Counted from the first letter of the stretch, positions 51,388-62,389 are shown. The stretch is DNA of 64,000 nucleotides from Mycoplasmatota bacterium (GCA_018394315.1 CP074575.1:124001-188000), one strand, 5' to 3'. Notes: a model not told the origin generated them from the letters alone. A program made the numbers and translations.

Positions 51388-53292
51388 CTAACAATCTATA
51401 TTTAGTTTCTTCATTAACTTCTCTTTTGGAACACCTGTATTGTCCCATCCTCTAGATTTATAATATTTTGCCTTTAAGTATTCAAGAGGTACTTTTGATA
51501 ATTCATTATCTACGTCTTGTATTTTATCTGTTAATCTTTTAGGTAAACTGTCATCTTCTTTTTGCCAACCAAGTTTATAATTGATCATTTTCTCTAAGTT
51601 ATATCCACGTTCACCAATTGTTTTAAATTTCCCAAAGTCCATCTTCATCCCAGTACATAATTTTATACCTTTTATATGATGTAAGACAGGCAATTGAATA
51701 GGTAATTTTTTAAGTTTATTAATGCATTGAACAGTTGAAGCAGCAATATGAGTTGTCAATAACCAGTTTACAAAGTGAGTTATTTTCCTCCCTGGTTTCT
51801 TAATAAAATAACTAGGTATCATAGCATATAGTGTGAATAAGCACTGTCCTCCTGCGGAACACGTTTCCATTAAATTCTGCAACAAAATAGTCAACTGCGC
51901 CTTATTAACCTTAGAGTAAGGGTCCATATTCAATGCAAATACTTCAAGTAATACTAGGTATCCTGCATTTAAGTGACATCCCCCTCTATTGGAAATCGCA
52001 TATCCTAGACCTAGCCCGACAGCTCCTCTAGGTGTATAGGCTGATAGTTCCATTCCCTTGGAGTGCATGGCAAACTCTTTTCCTCCATATTTCTCTGATA
52101 ACCATTTAACACCATTGGCAAGTTCTTTACCAATACCTTCTTTATAGGCTATTTTACGAATAGTTTCTGATATATTATCTGTTTCACCAAACTTTAATCC
52201 ATTGTCCCATAAACCAGCTTCATTTAGTTCCATAGCGAAAGCTATAATCCCTGCTGTAGTGATACTATCCATTCCTAGTTCGTCCATTTCAAGATTCCAC
52301 TTTAGTACCATCTCCATATTATTATTCTCAATATTAGCTGTGAAAAGACTTAACGTTTCAAGTTCAGGTCCCTTTACATTTTGTCCATTTACTTCTACTA
52401 ACCTTCCACATTGTATTGGACATGTTACACATCCCTTGTTTCTCACAAGGTATTCTGTTGCCAAAGTTTCACCAGATACTTTTTCAAAGTCATTATATTG
52501 CCCGTATTTAAAATTCTTTGTTGCGAGTATTCTATTTAAATGCATAGGTGTTATCAAGCCTGCAGTTCCTAACTTAGGTAATTGCTCTCCCGTTAACGGA
52601 TGCTTCTTTAATATATTTGTCCATCTTTTAATGTAAACTTTATACTTTTTTTGATATACTCCGATACTTTTAGCTTTATGCGTACCTTTAGCAGTTATAG
52701 CTTTGAGGTTTTTAGCTCCCATTACGGCCCCAACGCCCCCTCTTCCAGCAGTTCTTTCTTGACTAAATACACCTGCATGACTTACTAGATTTTCTCCTGC
52801 TACCCCAATAACTATTTTACCTGCAGTTCTATCCAATGCTTCTTGAGTTACATTAGTGTTTTTTCCAAAAATATCTGATGCGTCATGAAATTTGATTTGG
52901 TCGTCTATGATTTCAATCCATGTTTTATCTTGACATTTTCCCTTAATGATTAAAGCATCGTATCCTGCCTTCTTTAACATTAGACCGAAATTACCACCAC
53001 AATTAGAAGAAGTTATTAATCCAGTTTGTGGAGATAATGTAGACATATTAAATCTACTAGATGCTGGTGCATTAGTACCTGTTAAGGGTCCGGTTGTTAT
53101 AACTATGATATTATCTTCATGAAAAGGACCAATACCCATATCCAGATTATCGTATAATATTTTTGCAGCCATTATTTTCCCACCTAGATATTTCATCCTA
53201 TCCTCATCAGACCAAGGATATTCTTCCACAGATTGGGTTGTCAAGTTGATCATTAAGACTTTTCCCATATACCCGCCTAATTTTGTGCTCAT
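51388..53292 (-). CDS. aor: Aldehyde:ferredoxin oxidoreductase (W/Mo-pterin)
   Basis: GGYMGK, YLGG, GPLTG, GAKNLKAI, CVTCPIQC, GPELE, GMDSI, RGGCH, YYKSRGWD. Confidence 0.93.
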   Translation of the reverse strand: MSTKLGGYMGKVLMINLTTQSVEEYPWSDEDRMKYLGGKIMAAKILYDNLDMGIGPFHEDNIIVITTGPLTGTNAPASSRFNMSTLSPQTGLITSSNCGGNFGLMLKKAGYDALIIKGKCQDKTWIEIIDDQIKFHDASDIFGKNTNVTQEALDRTAGKIVIGVAGENLVSHAGVFSQERTAGRGGVGAVMGAKNLKAITAKGTHKAKSIGVYQKKYKVYIKRWTNILKKHPLTGEQLPKLGTAGLITPMHLNRILATKNFKYGQYNDFEKVSGETLATEYLVRNKGCVTCPIQCGRLVEVNGQNVKGPELETLSLFTANIENNNMEMVLKWNLEMDELGMDSITTAGIIAFAMELNEAGLWDNGLKFGETDNISETIRKIAYKEGIGKELANGVKWLSEKYGGKEFAMHSKGMELSAYTPRGAVGLGLGYAISNRGGCHLNAGYLVLLEVFALNMDPYSKVNKAQLTILLQNLMETCSAGGQCLFTLYAMIPSYFIKKPGRKITHFVNWLLTTHIAASTVQCINKLKKLPIQLPVLHHIKGIKLCTGMKMDFGKFKTIGERGYNLEKMINYKLGWQKEDDSLPKRLTDKIQDVDNELSKVPLEYLKAKYYKSRGWDNTGVPKEKLMKKLNIDC

Positions 53293-53388
53293 AAAATACT
53301 CCTCTCTTTTCTATATATTAATATCTTACTTTTTCCCAATATCTTGTAGTTTTAATACAGTAAACTGTCTTCTAGCATATAATTTACT

Positions 53389-53937
53389 TTACATTTTTAT
53401 TGCTATATATTTAGTTATATCCGCTAATGGAATGTCTTTAATTCCTAATAATGATTGTAGAACTAAACCATCTAGACTACTTAATATTATTTGTGCTAAT
53501 ATTTCTATATTGTTTTTAGATGCATTCGGAATTTGAGCTATCCCCTCTTTGATCATCCCTAACCACTCTCTATAAACAACTTGATACTTACCTAGTATCT
53601 CTTCGTTACCAGACAAAGCTTCATGAACTAAATAGATATGTATCCTACTTCTAGCGCCATGCTCTAATATTGTTTTATAAAAATTCTCAATAATCATTTC
53701 ATAATCGTTACTCTCTTTTGCGTTGTTGACTACTTTAAGTATTTGATGTGACAGCATATTCATATATTGGTCTGCTAAATCAAATAATAAATCAGCTTTA
53801 CTTTTGTAATAATAATAAAGTGTTCCTTTTGACATGCTCATTTCTTCTGCTAATTTTGCTAGGGTTAATTTATTTAATCCTTGTTCAGTGATAATACTAT
53901 TGGCGGTTTCTAAAATTTTAACTCTCTTGTCTTGCAT
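53389..53937 (-). CDS. TetR-family regulator
   Basis: LAKLAEEMSMSKGTLYYYYKSK. Confidence 0.92.
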   Translation of the reverse strand: MQDKRVKILETANSIITEQGLNKLTLAKLAEEMSMSKGTLYYYYKSKADLLFDLADQYMNMLSHQILKVVNNAKESNDYEMIIENFYKTILEHGARSRIHIYLVHEALSGNEEILGKYQVVYREWLGMIKEGIAQIPNASKNNIEILAQIILSSLDGLVLQSLLGIKDIPLADITKYIAIKM

Positions 53938-53950
53938 CTCTTACCTCCTC

Positions 53951-53980
53951 ATTAATTAGTCGGTCATCCGGCTGATTAAT
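53951..53980. promoter_or_regulatory. Putative TetR operator
   Basis: ATTAATTAGTCGG-tcat-CCGGCTGATTAAT (11 of 13 positions inverted) next to the tetR RBS. Confidence 0.65.
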
Positions 53981-54047
53981 AATATCATAATTTATAGTTT
54001 TAATCAATGATCATAGTGGTCTTAGGGACAAATTAAATTATAAAAAA

Positions 54048-55064
54048 CTATAATAAATCATTACTCTTATTTACTCTATATATACAATACTTGATTAAAT
54101 TCTTAATATGATTCACATTACTCGAAAAAAGAACATGAAGTCCTGGCCTCCAGTTAACTTCTATTATATTTAGTTTATTATCCTCATCAATACAAATGTC
54201 AACTCCCAACTGATTAAGTTTATTATTATAATGCTCATCCAAATACTCTGATATCTGTAGCCCAAGAAATTTGAGTTTGTTATGTATAACACGCCAATCA
54301 TCATTAAATTGGTTTTTCAAATAATAATTAATGTGTGCAGAATAGCCACCTTGGCTGATATTAGAAACTCTATACTTCCTTTCTGAGATTCTAGGATAAA
54401 CACTTACAATAACGTATTTTCCACTAGAATCTTTTTGAGTGTGTACTCTAAAATCTGCAGGTAATCCAGCTTTTGTTTCAGAAACGATGAACTGTTGAAG
54501 GATATACTCAGTTAAATCTAAACGAGACAATGTATGCTTTAAATTCCTTACTATCTCCTCTTTACCATCTTTATAAATACTATATTGGTTTCCCTCTTTT
54601 ATGATAAATATAACTCTTTTCCCCTTACTACCAACCGATGGTTTTAGAACAGCCTTTGAGTGTTTATCGACAAACTTTATTACTTGTTTAATTGTTCTTA
54701 CTACTATACTATCAGGTAAGTAATTTTTAAATACTGGGTGCTTTTGTAAGAGATTATTAATATACTCTTTATTATGTATTTTTGATTCAGTGAAAGGAAC
54801 TTCTTTTCCAAGTCTTAACTTGTTTTTCTTTTGTTTCTCAGTTTTCATGCGACTCGTATTAATTACTATATCAGGATATGGAAATTCTTTTTGTTTCCAC
54901 TCTTCTTCATAGTAATATCCATAAATTTTCTTGTTAGTAAAATCTATTTGACTTGGAGAGAAATAGAATAAGTCTACACCCTCTAATTTCGCAACAGCGG
55001 CCAGTGTGTAGATTCTTGATACTGTGTTTGGGTCTCTACGAGAATGCATTACTCCAATCAACAT
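54048..55064 (-). CDS. YheC/YheD-family ATP-grasp protein
   Basis: FPYPDIV, KPSVGSKG, YILQQFI, DFRVHTQK, SNISQGG, GVD, EVNWRPG. Confidence 0.85.
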   Translation of the reverse strand: MLIGVMHSRRDPNTVSRIYTLAAVAKLEGVDLFYFSPSQIDFTNKKIYGYYYEEEWKQKEFPYPDIVINTSRMKTEKQKKNKLRLGKEVPFTESKIHNKEYINNLLQKHPVFKNYLPDSIVVRTIKQVIKFVDKHSKAVLKPSVGSKGKRVIFIIKEGNQYSIYKDGKEEIVRNLKHTLSRLDLTEYILQQFIVSETKAGLPADFRVHTQKDSSGKYVIVSVYPRISERKYRVSNISQGGYSAHINYYLKNQFNDDWRVIHNKLKFLGLQISEYLDEHYNNKLNQLGVDICIDEDNKLNIIEVNWRPGLHVLFSSNVNHIKNLIKYCIYRVNKSNDLL

Positions 55065-56218
55065 AATAATCCCTCCTTAAATTGAAATTCAATTTCGCTC
55101 GTAGCAGAAAGTGCATTTTTTCTTGCTTCGACCTTATTACTCCCTGTTGCGATAACATAACCTATCTCAGATGGTTCACTTATTGAATTCCCCCTTCTTG
55201 TACGCATGAAGATTTTCTCGATACCTTTCTTTTTCATAGCAGCATTCGTTCCAGTGACCCTTACTAAAACACCTGACTCATTTATAATAATAAATTTGCT
55301 ATAAACATTTCTTTTAACTGATGGAATTAAAAATTCCTTACCAAGGTAAAATCGAATTATCTGTTCAATATAATTAATATTGGATGCACTATAGATAATA
55401 TCGTTTAAACTATCCTCTGATACATTCGGCTTAAGATCAACCAAATGATAGTTGTCACCACTTTTATTAACTTCAATACAAAAAACACCATTCCTGTAGT
55501 TAAATTCATAGATAATTGCTTTTATCATATCCATTTCAGCGTCTATTACATTTAAGTTTTCGCTTAGTGTATAGCCGCTAACTACAAGAGAGTTATTCTT
55601 TGTTAAAATCATATCAAATTTTAGCTTAATAAGAGAAATAGGTTTCCCATCTTTTACTAGTACTTCAATTCGGTACCGTTCTTCATTATATCCTTCTATA
55701 TATACTTTTTCTAAGTCATAATGGGAAGGAATATCCGTAATTGAACTTACAACATTTAACTCTCTAGGAGTTTCTATGCTCCTAATAATCAAAGGAAATT
55801 CTAAAATATTACTATTTTTATCCAAAGATACCTGTTTTGGCATGAAAGGATATCTCCTTAGTTTTGTCCAAGTTAATGACATGTTTTCCATTTCTTGTAT
55901 CGCTTTTGTGTTTGATGTATTAATAGTATATCTATCTCTTAATCTAGACGATAGTGCGCTATATCCATCTATGAAACTTAGTATCGACTCCACTTTAAAA
56001 AAATCATCCATTTGATTATTAATATAATCGCAAATATTTTTGTAGGATAATTCTTCCATATATATCATTTCGTGAACATCTGGATATTCAATTCTTTGAC
56101 TAATTTGTTTTTTGTTGTTTGTTAATAGGATTGTATATAAATTCATATCTTCACAGGCCCTTATTGCTTCCCTACTGGTACCCGACTTAGAAGTTTGTAT
56201 AAAAATTACAACCTTCAT
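55058..56218 (-). CDS. ATP-grasp-fold protein with degenerate active site
   Basis: N-terminus KSGTSREAI..EYPDVH and C-terminal GYVIATG resemble Bacillus L-amino-acid-ligase-like ATP-grasp proteins. Confidence 0.72.
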   Translation of the reverse strand: MKVVIFIQTSKSGTSREAIRACEDMNLYTILLTNNKKQISQRIEYPDVHEMIYMEELSYKNICDYINNQMDDFFKVESILSFIDGYSALSSRLRDRYTINTSNTKAIQEMENMSLTWTKLRRYPFMPKQVSLDKNSNILEFPLIIRSIETPRELNVVSSITDIPSHYDLEKVYIEGYNEERYRIEVLVKDGKPISLIKLKFDMILTKNNSLVVSGYTLSENLNVIDAEMDMIKAIIYEFNYRNGVFCIEVNKSGDNYHLVDLKPNVSEDSLNDIIYSASNINYIEQIIRFYLGKEFLIPSVKRNVYSKFIIINESGVLVRVTGTNAAMKKKGIEKIFMRTRRGNSISEPSEIGYVIATGSNKVEARKNALSATSEIEFQFKEGLLC

Positions 56219-56398
56219 GGTAACTCACCTCATATTTATCATATGATTTCTTATTATTCCAATGTAGTATATATTAATCAAACTATCATACAATCCCTTC
56301 CATAAACCCTTTTGAATTTTCGTATAAAAAAAAGAGGCACTTTAAACTCCTGGCTTGAGTTTAAGATAACCTCTAATTATATTTATAAGTTAAAATGA

Positions 56399-57394
56399 TT
56401 AATTTGTGTAGAAGTACTCAGTTAAGTCGATTTCATCGTTTTTAACTTTGTTAATACCTTCAGTAACTTTATCTTGAATTTCTTGACTGAATCCTTCTTC
56501 ATAAACTGGAATGAAGATTTCTTCTTTAATTCCTGCAGCATGAACTTTTTTACCTTCTAATGTACCATCTAAGAATTTACCAACTGCCCATACATAGAAT
56601 GTTTCAAAATCAAATTCAACAGACGCTTGAACTACTTCAGAAATATCATTTTGGTTACTTGAGAACCCAACAAATTTAACTTGAGGATCAGCTTCTTCAC
56701 ATGCAGTAATAGCACCTAACCCAACTTGATTTGCATATACAAACATAACATCAACATTATTAGTTGAAATAGTTGTTTGAGTCATTTGCTTACCTTTATT
56801 TACATCACTCCAGCTATCAGCATTAGCTCTAAATGATTCAGGAGAGTCGATACCTCTTGCAGCAGCACCTTCTTCAGCAACTTTTTCATATACATCTAAT
56901 AAATCATTCATTGGTGCGTTAATCGAACCAGAAATAGTTCCGATTTTCCCATTAGTTGTTAATTCACCAGCGATAATACCTGCAAGATAACTAGCTTCAT
57001 ATTCTTTTGGGAATATTGGAGCAACATTATCATATTCTGCAATACTACCATTTACCATTACAAATGTAGTGTCTGGATAATCTTTTGCAACTGTGTTTGC
57101 AGCAGTGTCAAATTGGCTACCAGCACCCATAATTAACTTGTAACCTCTTTCTGCATAACTTCTAAATGTAGAAACAAAATCTGCATCCTTAACATTTTCA
57201 ACATACTCTATGTTAGTGTTCAATTGCTCGTTTGCAGCAACTAGTCCTGCATAGTTTGTTGCGTTCCAACTTTGGTCATTAATAGGACCTGGAAGTATTA
57301 GTACCATACCATCAGATTCGTCAGTTTCTGATTTACATGCTCCTAATGTTAGAACTAATACTACGACTAATAATACTTTAAAAATTCCTTTCAT
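56399..57394 (-). CDS. BMP-family nucleoside-binding lipoprotein
   Basis: Lipobox LGAC, PGPINDQSWN, EASYLAG. Confidence 0.9.
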   Translation of the reverse strand: MKGIFKVLLVVVLVLTLGACKSETDESDGMVLILPGPINDQSWNATNYAGLVAANEQLNTNIEYVENVKDADFVSTFRSYAERGYKLIMGAGSQFDTAANTVAKDYPDTTFVMVNGSIAEYDNVAPIFPKEYEASYLAGIIAGELTTNGKIGTISGSINAPMNDLLDVYEKVAEEGAAARGIDSPESFRANADSWSDVNKGKQMTQTTISTNNVDVMFVYANQVGLGAITACEEADPQVKFVGFSSNQNDISEVVQASVEFDFETFYVWAVGKFLDGTLEGKKVHAAGIKEEIFIPVYEEGFSQEIQDKVTEGINKVKNDEIDLTEYFYTN

Positions 57395-57411
57395 ATTTCC
57401 CTCCTATTTTT

Positions 57412-58320
57412 TTATTCTTTATTATAAGGTACACCTAGCTTAGCCGGAATGTTGAAAGAATTTCTAGTTATGGTTAAAATGATAGTTAGTATATATGGTA
57501 ATGCGATAAAAAACTCATTTGGAATTACCATACCCTCCATAACCATAAACCTTATTCCGATAGCTTCTGCTAATCCAAAAGCTAAGGCACCAAACAATAC
57601 ACCATAAGGTCGCCAATTCCCTAAGAAACAAATAGCAAAGGCGATCCATCCTCTTCCACCTATGATACTTGAAGTAAATAGTCCTAATATCGTAAGTGAA
57701 TAAAATGCTCCTGCAATCCCACAGAATGCACCGGCAATCAACAACATTGTGATTCTAACTCTATTTACATCAACACCTGCAACATCTACTGCTTCTGGAT
57801 TTTCTCCTGTGGATCTTATGATCAGTCCATAAGATGTTTTATACAGGACATAAAATGACGCAGGTACAATGAAATACATTATATATGTTAATAAGTTCTG
57901 ATCAAAAAATATTGGACCAACAAATGGTATCTTGCTCAGTAACGGAATCGCGATAGTTTGAAGCGGAGTAACTTTTAATGGAATAACAGGAATTCCAAAA
58001 ATTACTCTAAACAAGAAAGTAGCTAATCCAAGCGCTAAGATATTTAACGCCGTACCCGTTACTACTTGATGTTGCTTATATTTTACAGTTACTATTCCAT
58101 AAATAAATGTTAATAATACTCCACTAATAATTGCGAATATAAAACCAATAAGTAAACTACCACTTATATAGGCTCCAACAAATCCACCAAAAGCACCCAT
58201 CAAGAACGCGCCTTCAATTGATGTATTCATAACCCCCGAACGTTCAGTAAACATTTCAGAAATTGCACCATACAGTAATGGAGTACTCATCATTAAAGCT
58301 GTCGCTAACGTATCTATCAT
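57412..58320 (-). CDS. Nucleoside ABC permease
   Basis: ERSGVMN..IEG, GENPEA, GRGWIA, ALPY. Confidence 0.9.
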   Translation of the reverse strand: MIDTLATALMMSTPLLYGAISEMFTERSGVMNTSIEGAFLMGAFGGFVGAYISGSLLIGFIFAIISGVLLTFIYGIVTVKYKQHQVVTGTALNILALGLATFLFRVIFGIPVIPLKVTPLQTIAIPLLSKIPFVGPIFFDQNLLTYIMYFIVPASFYVLYKTSYGLIIRSTGENPEAVDVAGVDVNRVRITMLLIAGAFCGIAGAFYSLTILGLFTSSIIGGRGWIAFAICFLGNWRPYGVLFGALAFGLAEAIGIRFMVMEGMVIPNEFFIALPYILTIILTITRNSFNIPAKLGVPYNKE

Positions 58321-59411
58321 TTGCTCACCCCATCAACTAGTTTCTTTTTATCTCGATTAATTTTCATTACTCTTCTAAAATAATAAGAAATTATAACAAA
58401 TAAAGTTACACACCCCAGCATTAAATAAGTAAAACTAGTTGGAGTTTTGGCCCTCATAGTCATTTCAATACCAATAACTTGAATTCCCCCAAAAAGTAGT
58501 GCAGCAAAAATAACTCCTATAGGGTTACCATTAGCTAATATAGCTATACCTATTCCTAAAGCACCAACTTCAGCGTAATAACCTTGAATCACCATATATT
58601 GTATACCGTTTACTACTAAAAACCCTGCTAATGCACCCATAGCTCCAGATATAGCAAAAGTAATAATAGTTGTCTTACTTGAATTAATCCCTGCTTGAAC
58701 CGCAGCACTTGCATTATTACCTACAGCTCTTACTCTAAAACCAAATGGAGTTTTAAATAATATAAGCCATAGGGTAACAGCAGTTAATACTGCTAAAATA
58801 AAACCTAAATGTAATCTAGTACCGCCCCAAATAATAGGTAACCTCATACTCTCTGGAATTACATCTGTCTGAGGGTATTCACCTCTTGTTTCTCTTAAAG
58901 AAGTACGAAGTAAAAAGTTCATAAAGGCGATAGCAACATAGGTAGACATCATACTAATAAGAAACTCATTAGCACCTTTTTTTGCCTTCACTAATCCAAT
59001 AAGTCCGCCATATATAGCACCAGCAACTATTGTTAACGCCATTACAACTATAATACCAATAAAGCCTGGAACAACGTCCCCAATCGATAACGATATAGCA
59101 ACTGCTACAATCGTACCAATATAGAATTGTCCTTGAGCACCTATATTAAATAAATTAGCTTTGTAAGTAAATGCAAATGCTAATCCGGTAAAGATTAAAG
59201 GCGTTGCCTTAACTAAAATTTCAGCAAATGTATACTTATCTGACATTACTGAGGCAGTTGCAACACTAAAAGCTTCTATAGGATTAATTTTAATAAGTAA
59301 CAACATGATCCCACTAATTAGAATTCCAGCAATTATAGCAACAACGTTAGTCACAACTAAATCTTTGAAATCCGGATCAGAAAATTTAGTCTTAATTTGA
59401 TTAATCATCAT
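58317..59411 (-). CDS. Nucleoside ABC permease
   Basis: TPLIFTGL, FNIGAQGQ, GFRVRAVG. Confidence 0.9.
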   Translation of the reverse strand: MMINQIKTKFSDPDFKDLVVTNVVAIIAGILISGIMLLLIKINPIEAFSVATASVMSDKYTFAEILVKATPLIFTGLAFAFTYKANLFNIGAQGQFYIGTIVAVAISLSIGDVVPGFIGIIVVMALTIVAGAIYGGLIGLVKAKKGANEFLISMMSTYVAIAFMNFLLRTSLRETRGEYPQTDVIPESMRLPIIWGGTRLHLGFILAVLTAVTLWLILFKTPFGFRVRAVGNNASAAVQAGINSSKTTIITFAISGAMGALAGFLVVNGIQYMVIQGYYAEVGALGIGIAILANGNPIGVIFAALLFGGIQVIGIEMTMRAKTPTSFTYLMLGCVTLFVIISYYFRRVMKINRDKKKLVDGVSK

Positions 59412-59414
59412 CTA

Positions 59415-60929
59415 CTACCTCACTTCTTCTTTCCAACCAGCCATCAACAATCCAACCTTTTCAGGAGTGAGTTCATCGGGGCTATATATTCCTTGTAATT
59501 CTCCTTGATAAATAACACCAATTCTATCACATAATCCGAATATTTCAGAAAGTTCTGTTGAAACTAGCAAGATCCCTTTTCCGTTTTTACTTTCTCGTAC
59601 AATACTTTTATGCACATGATTGATTGCCCCTAAATCTAAACCTCTAGTTGGCTGATCAAGAACAATCAGTTTGCTTCCGTTATCAACTTCTCTAGCTAAG
59701 ATTACCTTTTGTTGATTTCCTCCGGACAAACCACCAGCTTTTGCATCTGGACCATGTGCCTTTATACTAAAATCTCTGATCTTGTTATTAGTATATGAAT
59801 TTAACTTTTCTTTATCAATTAGTTTCCCTGCTAACCATTTATTCTCAAAACTTGACTTAAGAAACATATTTTCAGCAATAGTCATATCAGATATCATAGC
59901 ATCTCTATGTCTATTCGATGGAACATAGCCAATACCTGCTTTTATTCTCTCATACACACTTAAAGAGCCAATATCCTCATTTAAAAGAGTAATTTTTCCA
60001 TCTACTAATTCTCTTACTCCACTTATTGCTTCACATAGTTCTTGTTGTCCATTTCCACTAACGCCGGCAATTCCAAATATTTCACCTTTTCTCACGGTAA
60101 GCGATAAATTATTTAACACCTTTATTCCGTCTCGATCAACACAAGTTACATTAGTCATATCTAAAACGTTTTCATTTTCTACAACATGACTTATCGATTT
60201 TGTAGGTGTTTGATTCAACTCTCTACCAACCATTAAATTAGCTAGTTTTTTCTCATCTGTTTCTGTTTTTTTAACATTACCAACTAATTCACCATTTCTC
60301 ATTATTACAATGTTGTCAGCTACTTCCATAACTTCATTTAATTTATGCGAAATGAAAACGACTGAATTACCACCTTTGACAAAGTCTTTAATAAACTTCA
60401 TTAGATTCGTGATTTCTTGCGGAGTTAAAACAGCAGTAGGTTCATCCATAATTAAGATTTCTGTGTTTTGAAACAACGCTTTAAGTATTTCTACTTTTTG
60501 TCTTTCTCCAACAGATAAATCCCTTATTATTGAATTTGGATTAAGGTTAAATCCATACTTATCGGATAACTCTTTTATTTTATTTGTGCATTCATTGACA
60601 TCAATATTACCCTTAACATGTCCTAATATAATGTTCTCAGTTACCGTATGTGCTTCAACAAGGGAAAAATGCTGTTGAATCATCGATATACCATATTTCA
60701 TTGCATCTTTAGGAGAGTCAATACGTGTTTCTTCTCCATTAATTAAAATCTTTCCTTCATCTTGATGATACAACCCATATAGAATCTTCATTATTGTACT
60801 TTTCCCAGCTCCGTTTTCACCAAGTAAAGCTAATACTTCACCCTCATGCAGGTCAAAAGATACATCTTTATTGGCAATTACTTTTGCAAAGTACTTAGAT
60901 ATATTCTTTAGTTCAATTACTTTCTTCAT
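59415..60929 (-). CDS. Nucleoside ABC ATPase (duplicated NBD)
   Basis: GENGAGKST, LSVGERQ, GVSGNGQ, LSGGNQQK. Confidence 0.93.
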   Translation of the reverse strand: MKKVIELKNISKYFAKVIANKDVSFDLHEGEVLALLGENGAGKSTIMKILYGLYHQDEGKILINGEETRIDSPKDAMKYGISMIQQHFSLVEAHTVTENIILGHVKGNIDVNECTNKIKELSDKYGFNLNPNSIIRDLSVGERQKVEILKALFQNTEILIMDEPTAVLTPQEITNLMKFIKDFVKGGNSVVFISHKLNEVMEVADNIVIMRNGELVGNVKKTETDEKKLANLMVGRELNQTPTKSISHVVENENVLDMTNVTCVDRDGIKVLNNLSLTVRKGEIFGIAGVSGNGQQELCEAISGVRELVDGKITLLNEDIGSLSVYERIKAGIGYVPSNRHRDAMISDMTIAENMFLKSSFENKWLAGKLIDKEKLNSYTNNKIRDFSIKAHGPDAKAGGLSGGNQQKVILAREVDNGSKLIVLDQPTRGLDLGAINHVHKSIVRESKNGKGILLVSTELSEIFGLCDRIGVIYQGELQGIYSPDELTPEKVGLLMAGWKEEVR

Positions 60930-61173
60930 TCTTAGAATTTCACCTCATCACTTCTATAGTATAATACTCTTAACATATTCTGATTATTTCTGGTTTTATT
61001 CTATTTATGTTTACGAAAAGATTTTAACTCAAATTATATTTGGTAGATACTTATATGATATCAAAGTTGTCTTAATCTAAACACATTCATAAAATATCAT
61101 TGAGTCTTTGAAACTTGTACTTAACATTTCATTTCCAATTAATATTATTTCCTTATATTCTTATTTCTTGCAG

Positions 61174-61197
61174 AAAGAATCCTTATTAAAGGATTCT
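61174..61197 (-). terminator. Hairpin after ygeW
   Basis: AGAATCCTT-4nt-AAGGATTCT. Confidence 0.65.
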
Positions 61198-62389
61198 ACT
61201 CAAAGTGTCTAACTGTACCTTTATCTAATAATTTAGTTAAAGTTTCTTTTGGATTCTTAACTTTACTTAAGAACATCATAGCCGCAATTATATATGGTTT
61301 ATAACTTGCTTCTTTATATGTTGGAACTCTATATCTATCAAATACTGATGCAGCTACTTCTCCAGCTTCACAACTTACATCAGTTATATCAGCAGGTAAA
61401 CAGTGCATGTATAATGCCTTACCATTCTTTGTTAGTTTCATCATTTCCTCAGTACATTCCCAGTCCTTATGATTTGCGTTCTGAGCTAACAATTCTTTTT
61501 CTAATTCATCAATTCCATCGAAGTCTCGTTTTCCATATAAATCAGTTCTTTTCTCCATAGCTACAAATGGAGCCCATGATTTTGGATATACGATATCTGC
61601 ATCTTTAAATGCTTCTTCCATTGAATTCGTTTTAGTAAATGATCCACCAGACTTCTTTGCGTTTTCTTTAGCTACTTCTTCAACATCTGACATTATTTCA
61701 TATCCTTTAGGATGTGCTAATACTACATCCATCCCAAATCTTGTCATTAGTCCTACTATACCTTGTGGTACTGATAATGGTTTACCGTATGATGGTGAGT
61801 ATGCCCAAGTCATCGCAATTTTCTTACCTTTAAGATTCTCTACACCACCAAACTCATTGATTAGATGTAACATGTCAGACATTGATTGAGTTGGATGATC
61901 GATATCACATTGTAAGTTTACTAAAGTTGGTCTTTGTTCTAACACACCATCATTATTACCTTCTACAACTGATTTCGATACTTCTCTCATATATGTATTT
62001 CCTTTACCGATATACATATCATCTCTAATACCAATGACATCTGCCATAAATGAAATCATATTAGCTGTTTCTCTTACTGTTTCTCCGTGTGCTACTTGTG
62101 ATTTTCCTTCATCTAAATCTTGTACTTCTAATCCTAATAAGTTACATGCACTTGAGAAACTAAATCTTGTTCTTGTTGAATTATCTCTAAATAATGAAAT
62201 CCCTAATCCACTATCAAAGATTTTTGTTGATATATTTTGTTCTCTCATTCCTCTTAATATATCAGCTACTTTATATACTGATGCGATTTCATCATCACTT
62301 TTTTCCCAAGTTAGCAAGAAATCATCGTTATGCATTTTACTGTGATCTAGTTTACCTAGTTCATCAATCATATTTTTAATATCTTTCAT
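61196..62389 (-). CDS. ygeW: Knotted carbamoyltransferase YgeW
   Basis: DFLLTWEK, FRDNSTRTR, HPTQ, WAYSPSYGKPLSVPQG, YPKSW, HCLPAD; ATG 62389 after GGAGG. Confidence 0.95.
   Translation of the reverse strand: MKDIKNMIDELGKLDHSKMHNDDFLLTWEKSDDEIASVYKVADILRGMREQNISTKIFDSGLGISLFRDNSTRTRFSFSSACNLLGLEVQDLDEGKSQVAHGETVRETANMISFMADVIGIRDDMYIGKGNTYMREVSKSVVEGNNDGVLEQRPTLVNLQCDIDHPTQSMSDMLHLINEFGGVENLKGKKIAMTWAYSPSYGKPLSVPQGIVGLMTRFGMDVVLAHPKGYEIMSDVEEVAKENAKKSGGSFTKTNSMEEAFKDADIVYPKSWAPFVAMEKRTDLYGKRDFDGIDELEKELLAQNANHKDWECTEEMMKLTKNGKALYMHCLPADITDVSCEAGEVAASVFDRYRVPTYKEASYKPYIIAAMMFLSKVKNPKETLTKLLDKGTVRHFE

Noticed and set aside
60960..61100. Possible purine riboswitch upstream of the nucleoside ABC ATPase (minus strand GATAT...GTATCTACC)
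   Set aside because: It lacks the L2 GG / L3 CC kissing nucleotides and a convincing P1/P2; only a short J2/3-like match.
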